From assembly GCF_009914755.1 (NCBI RefSeq), contig NC_060935.1: a stretch of DNA of 64,000 nt; one strand, given 5' to 3'. Source of the DNA: the human T2T-CHM13v2.0 reference genome, Homo sapiens. A program made the position numbers and the translations under genes. The notes under the pieces were generated by a model. The model had not been told where the DNA came from. It ran no database searches and saw nothing but the letters and a program-made list of their open reading frames with translations. This document shows, piece after piece, positions 26,089 to 41,140 of this stretch (positions are counted from its first letter, which is position 1; each line of letters starts with the position of its first letter).

Positions 26089-27262
26089 ATCAGTTAACAT
26101 AGAATTAGAATCCTGAGATATCTGTGGGAGGGCGTTAGAAGGCTAATCATAAATGTTGTATTTGAGCAGGAGTCCATTCACATGAATACTAAAGAAAGAA
26201 TAAATCAGTGCCATGATTTCACTATGCTATAGGGATTAGGTAGATGTGGATCACATAATAGAAGATGATCATTTGTTGCTTTCATAAAGTTTCACCTACG
26301 TTGACAGGCCAGTTCTCTGAATGAATTCCACCTGTCTACATGCACATTCTTTAGAAAGATGGCATGATTCCAGAGCAATTTTCTAATTTTGGATCCATAG
26401 TTATGGAAAAACAATATTATTTTGTGTGTCATGATCTTTAAAGAGCATAAAGATAGACACTAGGATGAAGGAGGACACTGAGAATAAAGAATTGCTTAGA
26501 GGCTCAACTGAAAATTCCTGATTCCTAATCCAGGATGATGTATTGGCTGAACTTCTTTTGTCTTCTGAATGGACTAGAAGGTCATATAACCTATACCCAC
26601 ACGAGTGCTCACACTGCTTATCCCAGGCTAAGAACGTAAAGATAGAAAGTTGTTGGATCATGAGATTCTTTAAAGATAAAAAATAACTGTGTGAAAATCC
26701 ATAAATTATAGCTCAAAGTAACAAGATTAAAAGAGAAAGGAAAAATTAACAATTAGGAAAGGGGAAACAGAAACCAACTAGAACAAGGAAATGTGTATTT
26801 GAGGCCAGACTCTCATCCAGCAAAGCTGGGTGAAGAGTAGATGGTGAACCAAGTCATTCTCCTTTACCTTTAAGACATTCTGAGATCCCCTCTCAGTCTC
26901 TGTAAGTCCCTTATTACAGATGACCAGTCGTGAAGCAAAAGATCAAAGAGGTGAGGAGCAAAGACAATGAATGGAGGTATTTTAAGTTGTGCTGCACAGC
27001 TTGGAAGGCACATTTCATTTAATGTACACATTTCAAATTAAGCATTCATTATAAAGGAAAGAAGATTTATTCCAGGACCTATGTTACTCTATGGGGTTAC
27101 CAAAATGTATGCTGCCTTTATTTTGTTAAAGGAAAGCACATTTAAAATGTGCTGTGCCCTTATAAAATGGTTTCTTTCAAATTAAAAACAAAAAATAACA
27201 ATACAATTCTGATTCTCAGCTAGAGGTAAAAATGCAATTTTACAATCTCAAAGAGGCGTAGT

Positions 27263-27308
27263 TAAACACTGAAGGTACTGGATCATAAACACTGAAGGTA
27301 CTGGATCA
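27263..27308. repeat. Perfect 23-bp tandem duplication
   Basis: taaacactgaaggtactggatca x2. Confidence 0.95.
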
Positions 27309-30051
27309 AAGTGTTATGTCTGATTTATTGGGGGAAATTTGACTACAACATCCTTTAACTTCATATTCATGCAAACTTCTAGTGGGCAGCTATAAAAATG
27401 CTAATAGAATCTCAGCATCTTAGCTGAAGGTGTCCTAGACTAAAGTCACTGTTCAGTTTTGCTGTCTTTCAAGTGAAAATGAAGTTTAGGAGAAAAGGCC
27501 CTAGGGAGAGTCAATTCTGCTGTGTGGCCAAACCTCTCCACCACGCTCCATGGCACAGTCTTTCCCTTCCATCTGCTTCTCCACCCTGCAGATCACTTTC
27601 TTGGGATCTGAGGAAATTGTGCAGAAAACTATGGAAATGAAATCTAAATGTGGTCTCCCCAATATCTCACGCTCTGTAAACCATTAGAAATACACATGTT
27701 AATTTTTTTATCTCATCTGTTTGCATTTAATTTTCTATTTGAATAACAAATTATTACACAGATATGTGAAATACTTTAGAAATTCCACTAAGATAAATGT
27801 GTTCCTTTCTATTTCATTATAAAAAGAAATTATTTTCAATTCTGGGCAACTAGGAGAAGGTGCACTTTAATAAAATATATGTTGCCTATTTGTTTAAGAT
27901 ATAGACTAAATAATATTTTTTAATTTACTTTTATGGTGTTTTTTTGTTATTGTTAAAGACAATGTGTTCAAACCAGAATTTATGGGACATAAGATATTTT
28001 TTATTACTGGTCAAGTAGAATGGAGAATTTATTGTGTTCATTGATTTAAAACCTTGTTCACTGTCTCCTAAATCTTTAAGGGGAATTCAAAGAAAAATCA
28101 ATCTCAAAACCAGTCTGGGAGAGATTAAATAATACAAGTATGACAATCTATTTAATAAATATGATCTAAATAACAATAAACAATTTGGTAAGAGCTTGCT
28201 TTCTGTGACCAACGGATAAAAATATTATTTTCTCCATTAATTAAAAAAATAGATCATAAAGAGGAGGGCCTTGAAGAACAGGGCAGAGTGTTTAGCTGAA
28301 GCAAAGAGCATGGTTTGATTTCAGTAGTTTGAGAGTAGTTAGCACTTTTGAAGATCAACAGTATTGTTTGGAGGGGGAGTAAAGAAAATTAATGTGCAAA
28401 GGGGAATATTGAAAGAAATGTATGAAAGTTTTGTTTCAGGCCCTATTGCAGAAAAAAAAAAGCTTTGAATTACTCATAATATGTGACTATTCATAGGTAG
28501 ATTTTCTACACTGTGAGTGAAATTTTAGATTCAGGGCCCCCCAATGGAGGGATACTAAAAATATATTCACAAAATTGTGTGGGTTTTTGGTTAATTTACA
28601 AAGGTTTAACATCTTTAATAACAATTGATTAGAATAGTGTATTTTTCCACTCTGATTTTCTCCTCTGTTGCATTTCTTCATATATTACATGATGGCAAAG
28701 TTATGAAATCCATACAAAAGGAAATTGAGTTGGGGATATATTCATTATTAATTTAAATTTTGTGTGTGTATGTGCATATGTGTATGTGTACATGTGTGGA
28801 TGTAATCCTAATATATTGTCATGTGTGTATAACTTTCATTCCCTACTTACTTGCACTATTAGGCATGGTAAGATTTGTTCACATGTATATGTGACCTTTG
28901 ACCCTACCAAATATGCATTATTTTTCCTATTCAAAATCCTATACTAAAAGAAAGACAAATATCTTCGTATTCTCTCTTTGGAAAGCTATGTAATAAAAAT
29001 CTTTGCCAAATGAAAAAGGCAAAGAGTATCTAGTAAATGGAAAATATGTCATAGCTTCATATGAAAGTTTATTAATAAATATGAACAAATTTTTAGATTT
29101 TGTGATATTTGTTAGATTTTTTAATTTGTGTTTTTTTGTGAATTTCTATTTTTTCTCAAAAAATACATTTATACCTGATTTTAAGAAGATCCTCCTACAC
29201 CATATAAGCTTCAGTCTCTAAAAATATGTAGATTTACTCTTGAAGTGAATTCAAGTTTGCTATAAGTTGTAGGTAATGTGGTGGTTTTTGATAAACAGAG
29301 TGTGTAATATAATCAGAATTTTGCTTCATAAAGTTATAAAGTGAATAGGATTTCCAGGAAAACTATAAGTTAGCAGAACAACTAGAAAATTATTAACTGT
29401 CCATACAGTAATTGATGGTGACTTAAGCTAGGATTGGAATTATGGGAGTGCAAATTTGGGAATAAATAATTTGAATGTTACTCAGTAATATTGACAAGTC
29501 TAAGTGGTAGTTTAGTGGAATACTTAGAAAATTCCCCTACATTCATTTTTGTTATTCAGATGGATTATTAAGATAATAGAGCATAAAAGGCTTTAAGTGT
29601 TTGAAAGTATATTCAATAATCATATTAGTTTCCTTGTTGTTAAAAACTGTTTACTTTGCTATGATAAGAACTCTCTGTCTCACTGAAATTAAATCTAAAT
29701 AAATATATTTAATAAAAAAATCTTTTGTCATCTTCATCCTCAAATCTTATTTCTGCTTTCATAGACTGATGTTGAGTGCCTGGGGCTTTTCAAGGAGCAT
29801 AGTGAAAGCTGTTGGTGGATCTACCATTCTAGGGTGTGGAGGATGGTGGCCCTCTCCTCCCAGCTCCACTAGGCAGGGGATAACTCTGTGGAAACTTCCC
29901 AGTGGGAACTCTGTGAGGAGGTTCCAATCCCACATTTGACCTTCTGTATTCCCCTAATAGAGGTTCTCCATGAGGGCTCTGCCTCTGCAGCAGACTTCTG
30001 CCTTGACATCCAGGGGTTTCCATACATCCTCTGAAATCTGGACAGAGGCTC

Positions 30052-30440
30052 TTTATTAGTCCATTCTCACACTGTTATGAAAAGGTACCAGAGACTTGAA
30101 ATTTAAAAAGGAAAAAGGTTTAATTGACTCACAGCTCCACATTGCTGGGGAGGCCTCAGGAAACTTATAATCATGACAGAAGGCAAAGGATAAGCAGGCA
30201 CCTTCTTCACAGGGTGGCAAGACAGAGTGAATGACTGCCAGAAGGGAAAATGCCTCATGCTTATAAAACCATCAGATCTTGTGAGACTCACTTACTATCA
30301 GAATAACATCATGGGGGAAACCACCCCCATGATCCAATTACCTCCATCTGGTCCTGCCCTTGACACATGAGGATTATGGAGATTATGTATATTACAATTC
30401 AAGATGAGATTTTGGGTGGGAACACAGCCAAACTGTATCA
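30052..30440 (-). mobile_element. THE1D/MSTA-type solo LTR nested in MaLR-int
   Basis: tttattagtccattctcacactg...gggaacacagccaaactgtatca; gctc on both sides. Confidence 0.85.
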
Positions 30441-31082
30441 GCTCCCAAGGCTTAACTCTTGCTCTCTGTGCATTTGCAGGCTTAATATGACATGGAAACC
30501 ACCAAGGCTTATGTCTTGCATCCTCTCTAGCAGTGGCCTGAGATGTATTTGGGGCCCTTTTAGCCACAACTGAAGCTGGAAGTGGCTGGGACTCAGAGAT
30601 CAGTACCCTAAGGTTGAACAGAGCAGGGGGACCATTCTTCTCTCCTAGGCATCTGGGCCCAGTATGAGAGGGACTGCCATGAACATTCCTGAAATAGCTT
30701 TGAGGCATTTTTCTTATTGTCTTGGCTATTAACATTCATCTTCTTTCTACTTATTCAAATTTTGGTAGCCAGCTTGAATTCTTCCCCTGAAAATGTGTTT
30801 TTCTTCTCTACCATAAGGTCAGTCTGCAAATTTCCCAAACTTTTATGCTCTGCTTCACTTTTAAATAATTTCCAATTTCTGAACATCTCTTTGCTCATGC
30901 ATATAAGCATACACTGTTAGAAGCTGCCAGGTCACATTTTGAACACTATGCTACTTAGAAATTTCTTCTACCAGATACCCTAAGTTATCCCTCTCAAGTT
31001 CAAAGTTCTACAGATCTCTAGGCCAGGGATACAATGCCTCCAACCTCTTTACTAAAGCACAACAAAAGTAACCTTTGCTCCA

Positions 31083-31464
31083 TTATATGGTTTGATTCTG
31101 TGTCCCCACTCGAATCACATATTGAGTTGTAATCCCCATATGTTGGAGGAGGAGCCTGGTAGGAGATGATTGGATCATGGGGGTGGATTTCCTTGTTGTT
31201 GTCCTCATGATAATGAGTAAATTTTCACAAGATCTTATGTTTTAAAAGTGTGTGGCACTTCCCCCTTCTCCCTCTCCCTCCTGCTTCATAATGGTAAGAT
31301 GTGCTTGCTTCCCCTTCACCTCCTGCCATTTGTAAGTTTCCTGAGGCCTCCCAGTTATGCTTCCTGTTAAATCTGAAGAACTGGGAGTCAATTAAACCTG
31401 TTTTCTTCATAAAGTACTCAGTCTCAGGTACTTCTTTATAGCAGTGTGAGAATGGACTAATACA
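31083..31464 (+). mobile_element. MSTA-type solo LTR nested in MaLR-int, opposite orientation
   Basis: ttatatggtttgattctgtgtcccca...gtgtgagaatggactaataca; perfect 5-bp TSD ctcca (31078-31082, 31465-31469). Confidence 0.9.
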
Positions 31465-34400
31465 CTCCAGTTTCCAATAAGTTCTTCATTTCCATATGAG
31501 ACCTCCTCAGCCTTTTGCTCACAGCATTTTAACAAGCATCTAGAAAGTTCCAAACTTTCTGTCAACTTTTTGTCTTCTTCTGAGCCCTCCAAATCTTCCA
31601 ACCTTTGCCCATTACCCAGTTCCATAGCTGCTTCTACATTTTCAGGTGTCTTTATAGCAGTATTCCACTCATGGTACCAATTTACTGTATTAGTCCATTC
31701 TCACAATGCTAAAATGAAATAACTGAGAAATGGTAATTTATGAAGAAGAGGTTTAATTGGCTCTTGTTTCCACAGGCTGCACAGGAAGCATGGCTGGAGA
31801 AGCCTCAAAAAAATTACAATCTTGGTGGAAGACAAAGGGGAAACAGGTATGTCCCACACGGCTGGAGCAAGAGGAAGACCATGCTATACACTTTTAAACA
31901 ACCGTATCTCATTAGAACTCATTCACTATCATGAGAACAGCAAGGTGAAAGTCCATCCCCATGATCCAAATCACCTCCCACCAGGCCCCTCCTCCAACAT
32001 TGGATATTACAATTCTAACATGAGATTTGGTCAGGGACACAAATGCAAACAATATCGGTCCATTAAGCAGATTCTTTCTAGAGCTAATAATTTCATATGT
32101 GCATATGCATACATGCTTGTGGATACACATGCATGCACTCATATCACATTAAAAAATTACATTGACTATTCTTTCTAAAAACAGAAGCAAATGACATGTA
32201 GATACATGTCTACAGCTGACCTAAAAATAGAGGAAATGAGCCATACCAAAAATGGGCATCATATGATTGTCATTGATGTAGGGGTTCTTCATATCTAGAA
32301 AATTTTACTACTTTATTTAAGAAAATTTTATTATATGCTATTTTTAATTACATAGCAATAAACATTTAAACTAAACATGAAAGGCACAAATGGATGTGAA
32401 AAACTGTATTATAGTGCTTTATGTTTAGTCAACTTTTCTTCCTCCAAATATTGGAAGTCAGACAATTAAGCAGCAAGAAAGATTAAACAATTGCCTTATA
32501 CAATATCCTTACTTTACAGATGAAGAAACAGAGGTAAATCCACTTATCCATGGGCCGGCATCTAGTTATTCATTATCCTGACTCCAGGTGTCTATTTACT
32601 TCCTCTAACCAAGAATGGCAAATAAACAGCATCCATGCCTTTCCTTCCTCTCCCAAAATGGAAATGCAAAATGGAATCTCACAGCATTTATTCCTACTAA
32701 ATTCCAGCCTGTTAGTTCTCAGGCTCAGAATGCTTCCCTCAGTGCCCTCAGTAGTCATTTTCAGTAGACTATGATTAGCAATTAAGATAAAACCATACAA
32801 ATATATAGCATAAAGATCAGTTTCCATATAGCCAAACTTTGCTCTAACCTGTTTCTCATGATTCAGCCAACTTTCACTGGGCAATGGGTCCAAAGATTAA
32901 TTAGAGTCCATTCATTTCAAAAGAGATTCATAAATATTATGTGTGGACTTAATCAGATTTAGATAGATTCCTTAATATCTTATTTCAATATCCAATAGAT
33001 GTAAATTAATTGGTTTATTTTGTTTATTTTGTGATGCATTTAAAAAATGGAGAAAATAATAATATTTGGTTCTTAGACTTTTTTAGTAACTGATAAAATA
33101 CACAAAACTTACCATCATACTACATTACCACCTGAGCAACTCTTTTTTTTAGTTCTGACTATGGTAGTTTTTAAGAAGCATAACTAATTTCAGACCTATA
33201 GAGTGGAGGCAAATATGCTTTTGAAATAATAGTGCTTCTGGCATTCCACTGAGTCCTTTGGGAGGATATTCTGCATTGCCTTTAAAGACAGCAGAAAGAA
33301 AATCAGAATATGGCTAGGTCAGGTGTGTGGAATACACAGCACTGCTGAAATGAAATATTTGTCTGAGAAATAAAAGAAGCAACCAAAACTCAGGAGGGCA
33401 TGATTGGCTGTTCACAGCGAAAACGTCTCCGAGTCTTCGGTGTTCTGCTTCAGTTCAGCTGAGGAATCAGAACAAGACATTAAGCAGGATTCTCCATATG
33501 AGTCAACATGTGAACTACTAGAAGTCTGAAAGAAATCTGAATTAAGAAAGAAACTTATCTGAGAACTTTTACAAAGATCCTAGGGAAAAGACATTGACTT
33601 TGTTTGGGCTCAGAAAAAAGGGAAATAAATAACAAAATATCTCATTTAGAAATTTTTTAATAAAGCAGATTGCTTTAAAGTGTTGTGGGACTGCTTGTTA
33701 AATAGCTTTTAAATACAAAGAAGTGAGGATTTTGAGATTCGAGGAGCATAAGAACACAAGAAGCCAAAAATACAGGGCTGAATGAGTAAAGCTGAAAGGC
33801 AAAGAAAAATGCCCTCTCTTCCTCTGGTACTTCAAGATCCAACTACTCTTAGTTTTCACAAATTATTTATTCAAACTTTCAATAGAAGGCTATTCCTTCA
33901 TAATGAAAAATAATCAATAATGGTGAGTTAATTAGCATGGATACCATGACAGTAGTTGTTAATTGTTATAAGCCCCAGTTCATCCATTGAACTCTCTGGT
34001 TTCTTGTGTTTTCTGGCTACCTCATTCAGCATTTACACAGATGGACATACTACAGTTTCTAACCTGGCCTATTGACTCATGTAGTCATAAAATAATTTAC
34101 TCTCCAGGGTAGAATATTTGATGGTTTATTTTTAAGGTCCAAATTATGTGGATTTTTAGATTTTGAAGTGATACCATATATTTGATAGGATCAACATTGT
34201 TTGATAGAATATTTTTCCAAGGGAAATATATTTTTAAACCTGGACTTTATATTTTTTTTCTTAGAAACTATGCACAGGTTTTAACTTTTGAACTCAGGAC
34301 TACATATGAAATACTTAAAGCATAGATTTGAAAATTTTAGCTAATATTAAAAAATGAGATATTAATATTGAGAAGAAACAGTCAGAATTATTGTTACTTA

Positions 34401-34936
34401 TAGTTTCTAAATTTATCAGCCAAAATTTCAAAGAAATAAAATGATACACTATTTAGAATTAGAATAATTAAATAGGGTAATCATTTAGAAAGTACTAATT
34501 TCCTATATGACAGCAATGACCAACTTAAAAAATGAGAGCACAGATCTCAGTAACATTAAAGACAGAAACTATAAAAACAACAAATGTATCAAATATGATG
34601 GCTTTTTGTACATATTGTAAGACCTCGCTCAAGCTGCCTCTTTGGAAATGACAAATTTTTGTGTAAAATACTTGAAAATACTAAAATTAAGGAGAACTTC
34701 AAATGAAACTTAATATAGTAGCTTGGTGATATTACCTAAAAAATTAATTTACACTTCTGTATCCTTTGAATTTTATTATCTTGATCATAAGTCTGGTTCC
34801 TCTTTTACCACTAAGATGGATGTCAGCAAATTCTAGGGCTGTATAGTTCCTCATTTTTGTCCAGCAGTACAGATACAATGTCTTCTGCTCAACATTCTTA
34901 GAATAGGTCTAATTGGACTAATTTAGGCCAATCAAT

Positions 34937-35427
34937 TGTTATAGGCAGAATAATGGCTTCCCAAAGATGTCCATATCCTTATTTCTAAAACCTGTGAATA
35001 TGTTCCATTACATAGTAAAGAGGAATTAAAATAGTGGATGGAATTAAAGTAGCTAAGCAGCTGACCTTAAAATAGGAAGAGTACCCTGGATTATTTAGCT
35101 GTTCCCAATGTAATCACAAGGGTCCTTAAATGTGAATGGAGGTGTCAGAAGATTCATTATTAGAGTAATGCAATGAAGAAAACTCCATTGCTCACTTTGA
35201 AGATAGCCAGGGCCAGGAGGCAAGGAATATGGGCAGCCTTTAGAAGCTAAAAATGGAAGAAGACAGATTCTTCACAAGAGCCTTCAGAAAGTAATGCAAC
35301 CTCAACTACTAAACCTTGGTTTTAGATCTACATTTCTGACCTTGAGAACTGTAATATAATAAATATATATTGTGGTAAACCACTAAGTTTGTGATATGCA
35401 TTAGAGCAGCAATAGAAAACTAATATA
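34937..35427 (+). mobile_element. MLT1C/D-type LTR
   Basis: tgttataggcagaataatggcttcccaaagatgtccatatcc...cctgtgaatatgtt...gcagcaatagaaaactaatata. Confidence 0.85.
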
Positions 35428-35731
35428 ACACCTTTGCAGTCATCATTGCAGCTGTGGGGTGAAATGCTTTGACTGGCTATCCTGAACTTTACGGTCCATC
35501 TCTCTTGTTCTAGAGTTGGCATTAGCTTCTCCTGAAAAAGAGGAATCCTGAAAGAAATAATGAGCAATTCTCTACGGGAAGTTATTACACTATATATAAC
35601 TTAAATGTTTTGGCATAAACAGTCTGATAGTTGGTTTTTATCCAAAGGAGAGTGAGTTAGCATATGATATTCCCTAATGAAAAATACGTATTTCAAAGTG
35701 ATTGATTAGCACTGATAAAGTGCGGAGACAC

Positions 35732-36579
35732 TGTATTAGATTTTCAGAGGCTGCTGTACAAAATTACCACAAATGTGGTGCCTTAAAACAACCATTTATT
35801 GATATGGTTTGGCTGTGTCCACAAACAAATTGCATCTTGAATTCCCACGTGTTGTGGGAGGGACCTGGCAGGAGGTAATTGAATTATAGGGGTGGATCTT
35901 TCCTGTGCTGTCCTCGTGATAGTGAATGAGTCTCAAGAGATCTGATGGTTTTAAAAATGGGAGTTTCCATGCACAAGCTCTCTCTTTACCTACCACCATC
36001 CATGTAAGATGTGACTTGCTCCTCCTCACCTTCTGCCATGATTGTGAGACCTCCCCAACCACGTGGAACTGTAAGTCAAAACAAACCTCTTTCTTTGTAA
36101 ATTGCCCAGTCTTGGGTTTTTCTTTATCAGCAGCATGAAAACGGACTAATACATTTATCTTAAGTTCTGGAGGCTAAAAGTCCAAAATCAAGTTGTTGGC
36201 AGTGTTGGTTCCCACTGGAGGTTCTGAGAGAATTGGATTCCGTGATTTGACTTTTAGCATCTGAAGGTTTCTAGCAGTCCTTGGTGTCCACTGGCTGGTA
36301 GCTGCATCCCTGTGATCTTAGCCTCTGTCTTCACACTCATTCCCCCTGGTGTATGTCTGACACAGTGTCTTCACGTGGCATTCTCCTTTCTGTTTGTATG
36401 TGTACAAGTTGCTCTTGTCCTATAAAAACACCAGTCATATTGAATTAGGGCCTGCACTAATCCAGTATGCTCTCATCTTAATTGATTACATTTGCAATGA
36501 CCCTGTTTCCAAATGAGGTCACATTGTGAGATTCCAGGAAGGACATGAATTTTGCAGGGACACTATCAAATATAGTACA
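35732..36579 (-). mobile_element. MLT1C-type LTR interrupted by THE1
   Basis: tgtattagattttcagaggctgctg...ccttaaaacaac|THE1|agttctggaggctaaaagtccaaaatcaag...gggacactatcaaatatagtaca. Confidence 0.8.
35800..36153 (+). mobile_element. THE1 (B-like) solo LTR
   Basis: tgatatggtttggctgtgtcc...cagcagcatgaaaacggactaataca; perfect TSD tttat (35795-35799, 36154-36158). Confidence 0.92.
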
Positions 36580-36664
36580 ATTTGCCACAAGAGGCAACCA
36601 ACAATTGTACTATTATGCTAAGGAATAATAATATATCATCTATATGAAGAAATTTGTTAAGAAT

Positions 36665-37010
36665 TGTTAAAGGAAATTAAAATGGATAACAGGCCTGAAG
36701 AATTCCTGAGCAGACGAAACCATTAGGCCTCATAAGTGACCTCAACCTTGCTTTATTTGAAAACATAAGCAAAGCTTAACTTCAGCCATTTATTGTAAAT
36801 GTCTATATTAAAGAAAAACAAAACTGTAATGCAAACATTAAGATATTGCCAATAAACTGATGTAACTAGGAACCTTACAATGGAATAGACCAGATGAGAC
36901 AACTGCAAAATTGTGACTAATCAAATCTTTGTTTTACTTTACTTCCAGGTCCATCCTATAAAAGCTTCCCCTTTACATTTCCTCAGTAGAGCTCCTGAAC
37001 TACTTTCTCA
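36665..37010 (+). mobile_element. ERV1-class LTR remnant (MER93-like)
   Basis: tgttaaagg...aaaatggataacaggcctgaagaattcctgagcagac...taggcctcataagtgacctcaaccttgc...cctataaaagcttccc; subfamily uncertain. Confidence 0.5.
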
Positions 37011-38439
37011 TATTACCACTAATACAGGAGCCACTCTCATTTCTACACCTTTATTCTTGAACTGGTGAATTCTGGATGTTGGACAAATAGCAAAATTTAC
37101 TGGTCCCTGTTTAAGAACATTTACTGCATCCTCCTGAACCAAAATGGGAATGAAAACATTGAACAAGTAAGAAAGATGAGGACATTTGAAACCTACAGAC
37201 ATTTCTGTCTGCCTCTCACTACCTCTACCTGTGGAGATCTTTGGAACATAATCGTTGCTATTTAATGTCTTCTGTCAATTCTTGACATTTTTTTCCCCAA
37301 CTCAATCTTGCAGCAATACAGAGAGCAGGATTCTGGGAAGAATAGTTTCAGTTTAGTCAAATTTCCACATTAAGAAGCTACCACAATTACAAAGATAGAG
37401 TTTTCAACCAATTGCAAAAAGGAGACTATTATGTCAAATTATTTATCCATTTGAAAGAAAAATTCTTATCTTTTAATAGTCTAAATTTTATAATAAAGTT
37501 ATAAATACAAACAAAATTCAAACATTATTACATAAAAAGATAGGAAAGTATTTGAGTATTTTTAATACTGTTAGGGTAGAAAAGAACTTCTTAACAGAAA
37601 AAAAAACATAAATTTTAAAGGCAAATAATGATAATTTTTTGACTCAAACATGTTTTCAACTTGTCAAAGCTGTAAGGAAAAATTTATTTACATATTCTAT
37701 TGTTGAACACACTTTTGAAGTCAGTTTGTCATGACTGTGTATACATGTGTGTATACACACACACACACACATACACACATTGTAAATGGACAAACCAAAC
37801 TATTTAACATAAGTATTACTTCACATACATACGTATTTTTTGGGGATGAGAAGACTTAAAATCTACCCTTAGCAAATTTTAAATATGCAATATATTATTG
37901 TTAACTGCAGTCAGCATGAGATAATTATTTCTTAGATCATCAATCTTAGATGATTAAGTCATTATTTCTTAAATCATTATTTTTAAGGTCATCAATCTTA
38001 GGTTCAAGATTCTAATTCATCAAAACACAAAATGATGCCAGAATATGTATACAAGGATGTTTATTTTTAATAATAAGACAAGGAAATTATCAAATAAATT
38101 AACATCCAATTATATTATGGTAGACTGTGCAGGTACTAAAGGAAGATTTTAGAGTTGTCTGTACTGACACAAATATATTCTGATGTACAAAAAAATGCTA
38201 ACTAAAATGTACAATGCATTGCCATTTTTGTAAAATAAATGTGTATATGATAATAGGTTTTATTTATGTGTTTAAGGGAGAATGAGTAGATTTCTAATAG
38301 AAAAATGACTGGAAGGATGAATAACAAATATTGCTATTTTTTCCCTTCCCTTCATCTCTTCCTTCTTTTTTTTCTCCTGCCCTCCCTCCTCCTTTACCAC
38401 TCTTTGCTTTAATTGTTCAAAAACATTTAATAAACACCA

Positions 38440-38952
38440 TGTAGGAGATTGGTCAGGGTGGTGGGAAAAGTTGCAAGAAAATGTTATAGGAAAGAATGCA
38501 AACCTTCTTGGAAGGCCGGGAGGTTTTGCAAAAACTTCAAGAAAGAATTTGGCTGAAGGCAGCCAAATTCTCTTATCAGAAGGCTGAGAGCAAAGAGCGG
38601 ATAACAAGGGAATGTAAAGGAACTTATCTAGATAAACTTGTTTACTCCTGTCTCCAGAAACCAATCTTTGATCATTCCTGCACAGGACTGCTCTCTACTT
38701 GGGGGGGTCGACAATGTTTATTACCCACAAACTGTGTGTGCTCCAAGCCTTTGTCATTAAATCTGCACTAAATAAATGCAAGCATCACCACCTTAGGGAA
38801 ACTGCACTCCCCTTGGCTGCTGCACTCTCTCATCATTGGTGCAGAGATGTGCTGAGATGTGGCAGTCCCCTAGACATGCTGTCAGGCAAAATACCTGTGT
38901 CAGCACACTCCTTTCATCTGTAGCTTGGCCAGAGTCTGCAGGACAGATGGCA
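38440..38952 (+). mobile_element. LTR22 (HERV-K HML-5) solo LTR
   Basis: tgtaggagattggtcagggtggtgggaaaa...caaaccttcttggaaggccgggaggttttgc...aataaa...ggca; 6-bp TSD acacca/acacaa, the length expected for class II ERVs. Confidence 0.75.
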
Positions 38953-39115
38953 ACACAACTATGTTCAAGCTACTATTTTAGACAGTAGAAGGACGAATAA
39001 TTAGGTGAATATAAAACAACTTCATTTTTTAACTTAAAATTCATCTCACTTAAATATTTTAAATGTATCTTTCTCCAATCAGCACACTTAAAATGTATTT
39101 TTTATTTTACTGTAC

Positions 39116-40253
<1,138 letters not shown>

Positions 40254-40611
40254 TCATTATCATAATTTTGAAAGTTTTTAACATACAACAAAATTCCTTG
40301 TACCCATTTTTCTCTGTATACATTCCTAGCCCCAGGCAACCACCAATACACTTCTGTGTGTTTAGATTTGCTTTTTTCTATAAGCATTATTAGTAGTAGT
40401 TTTAATAAGGTTATGACATTCTACTCTTAATACCTTTTGGGTATATGGAGAAAATACATGTTTTTACTTCTTCAGTGATTACTACAATATTTCTGACAAA
40501 TTACACCCACTGTGGATAGAAAAAAGAATTATGTGTTCCATTTGTTTTAAACTAAATTTCAGTATGCAATTGAAATAGCAGAATCTAGAAAATAAAATTA
40601 CATACTCTCTC

Positions 40612-41140
40612 ATATGGAATCAACCTAGATTTCCATCAATACATGAATGGATAAAGAAAATGTGGTATACATACACAGTAAAATAATATTCAGACTTACA
40701 AAGAAAGCAAATTACATCATTTTCAGCAACATAGATGAATCTGTAGGGCATTATAATTGGGATAAGCCAAGCACAGTTAGACAAATACTACATGACCTTA
40801 CTTGGCAAAGAAAAAAAAAATTGAAATTGTAGAAGCAGAGATTAAAATGGTGTTTGCTAGGATCTGGGATGCCAAGTGAGATTTTGGAGACATGACCAAA
40901 GGATACAAAATTACAATTGGACAGGAGCAAAAAATTCAAGAGATTCATTGTATAACACAAGGACTATGGTTAATAACAATGTATTGCGTACATACAAATG
41001 CTGATGGAGTAGATTTTATGTGTTTTTACCACAAATGTATAAGTATGTAAGGTAAAGCGTATAGCCATTCCATAGTGTACATGTAATTCAAAACATCATG
41101 TTGTATGTCATATGTATTTACGCTAACATTAAAAAATAAC
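40612..41140 (+). mobile_element. L1MA 3' end
   Basis: atatggaatcaacctaga...atgaatggataaagaaaatgtggtatacatacaca...caaaggatacaaaatt...caaaacatcatgttgta. Confidence 0.85.

Larger units (their letters stand above)
29752..32057 (-). mobile_element. MST-type MaLR: 5' LTR (31686-32057) plus truncated internal region, hosting two nested LTRs
   Basis: MaLR-int motifs (gttgagtgcctggggcttttc, gctgttggtggatctaccattct, tgcttagaaatttcttc-like, ggtaccaatttac|tgtattagtcc junction); 3' LTR absent. Confidence 0.85.
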
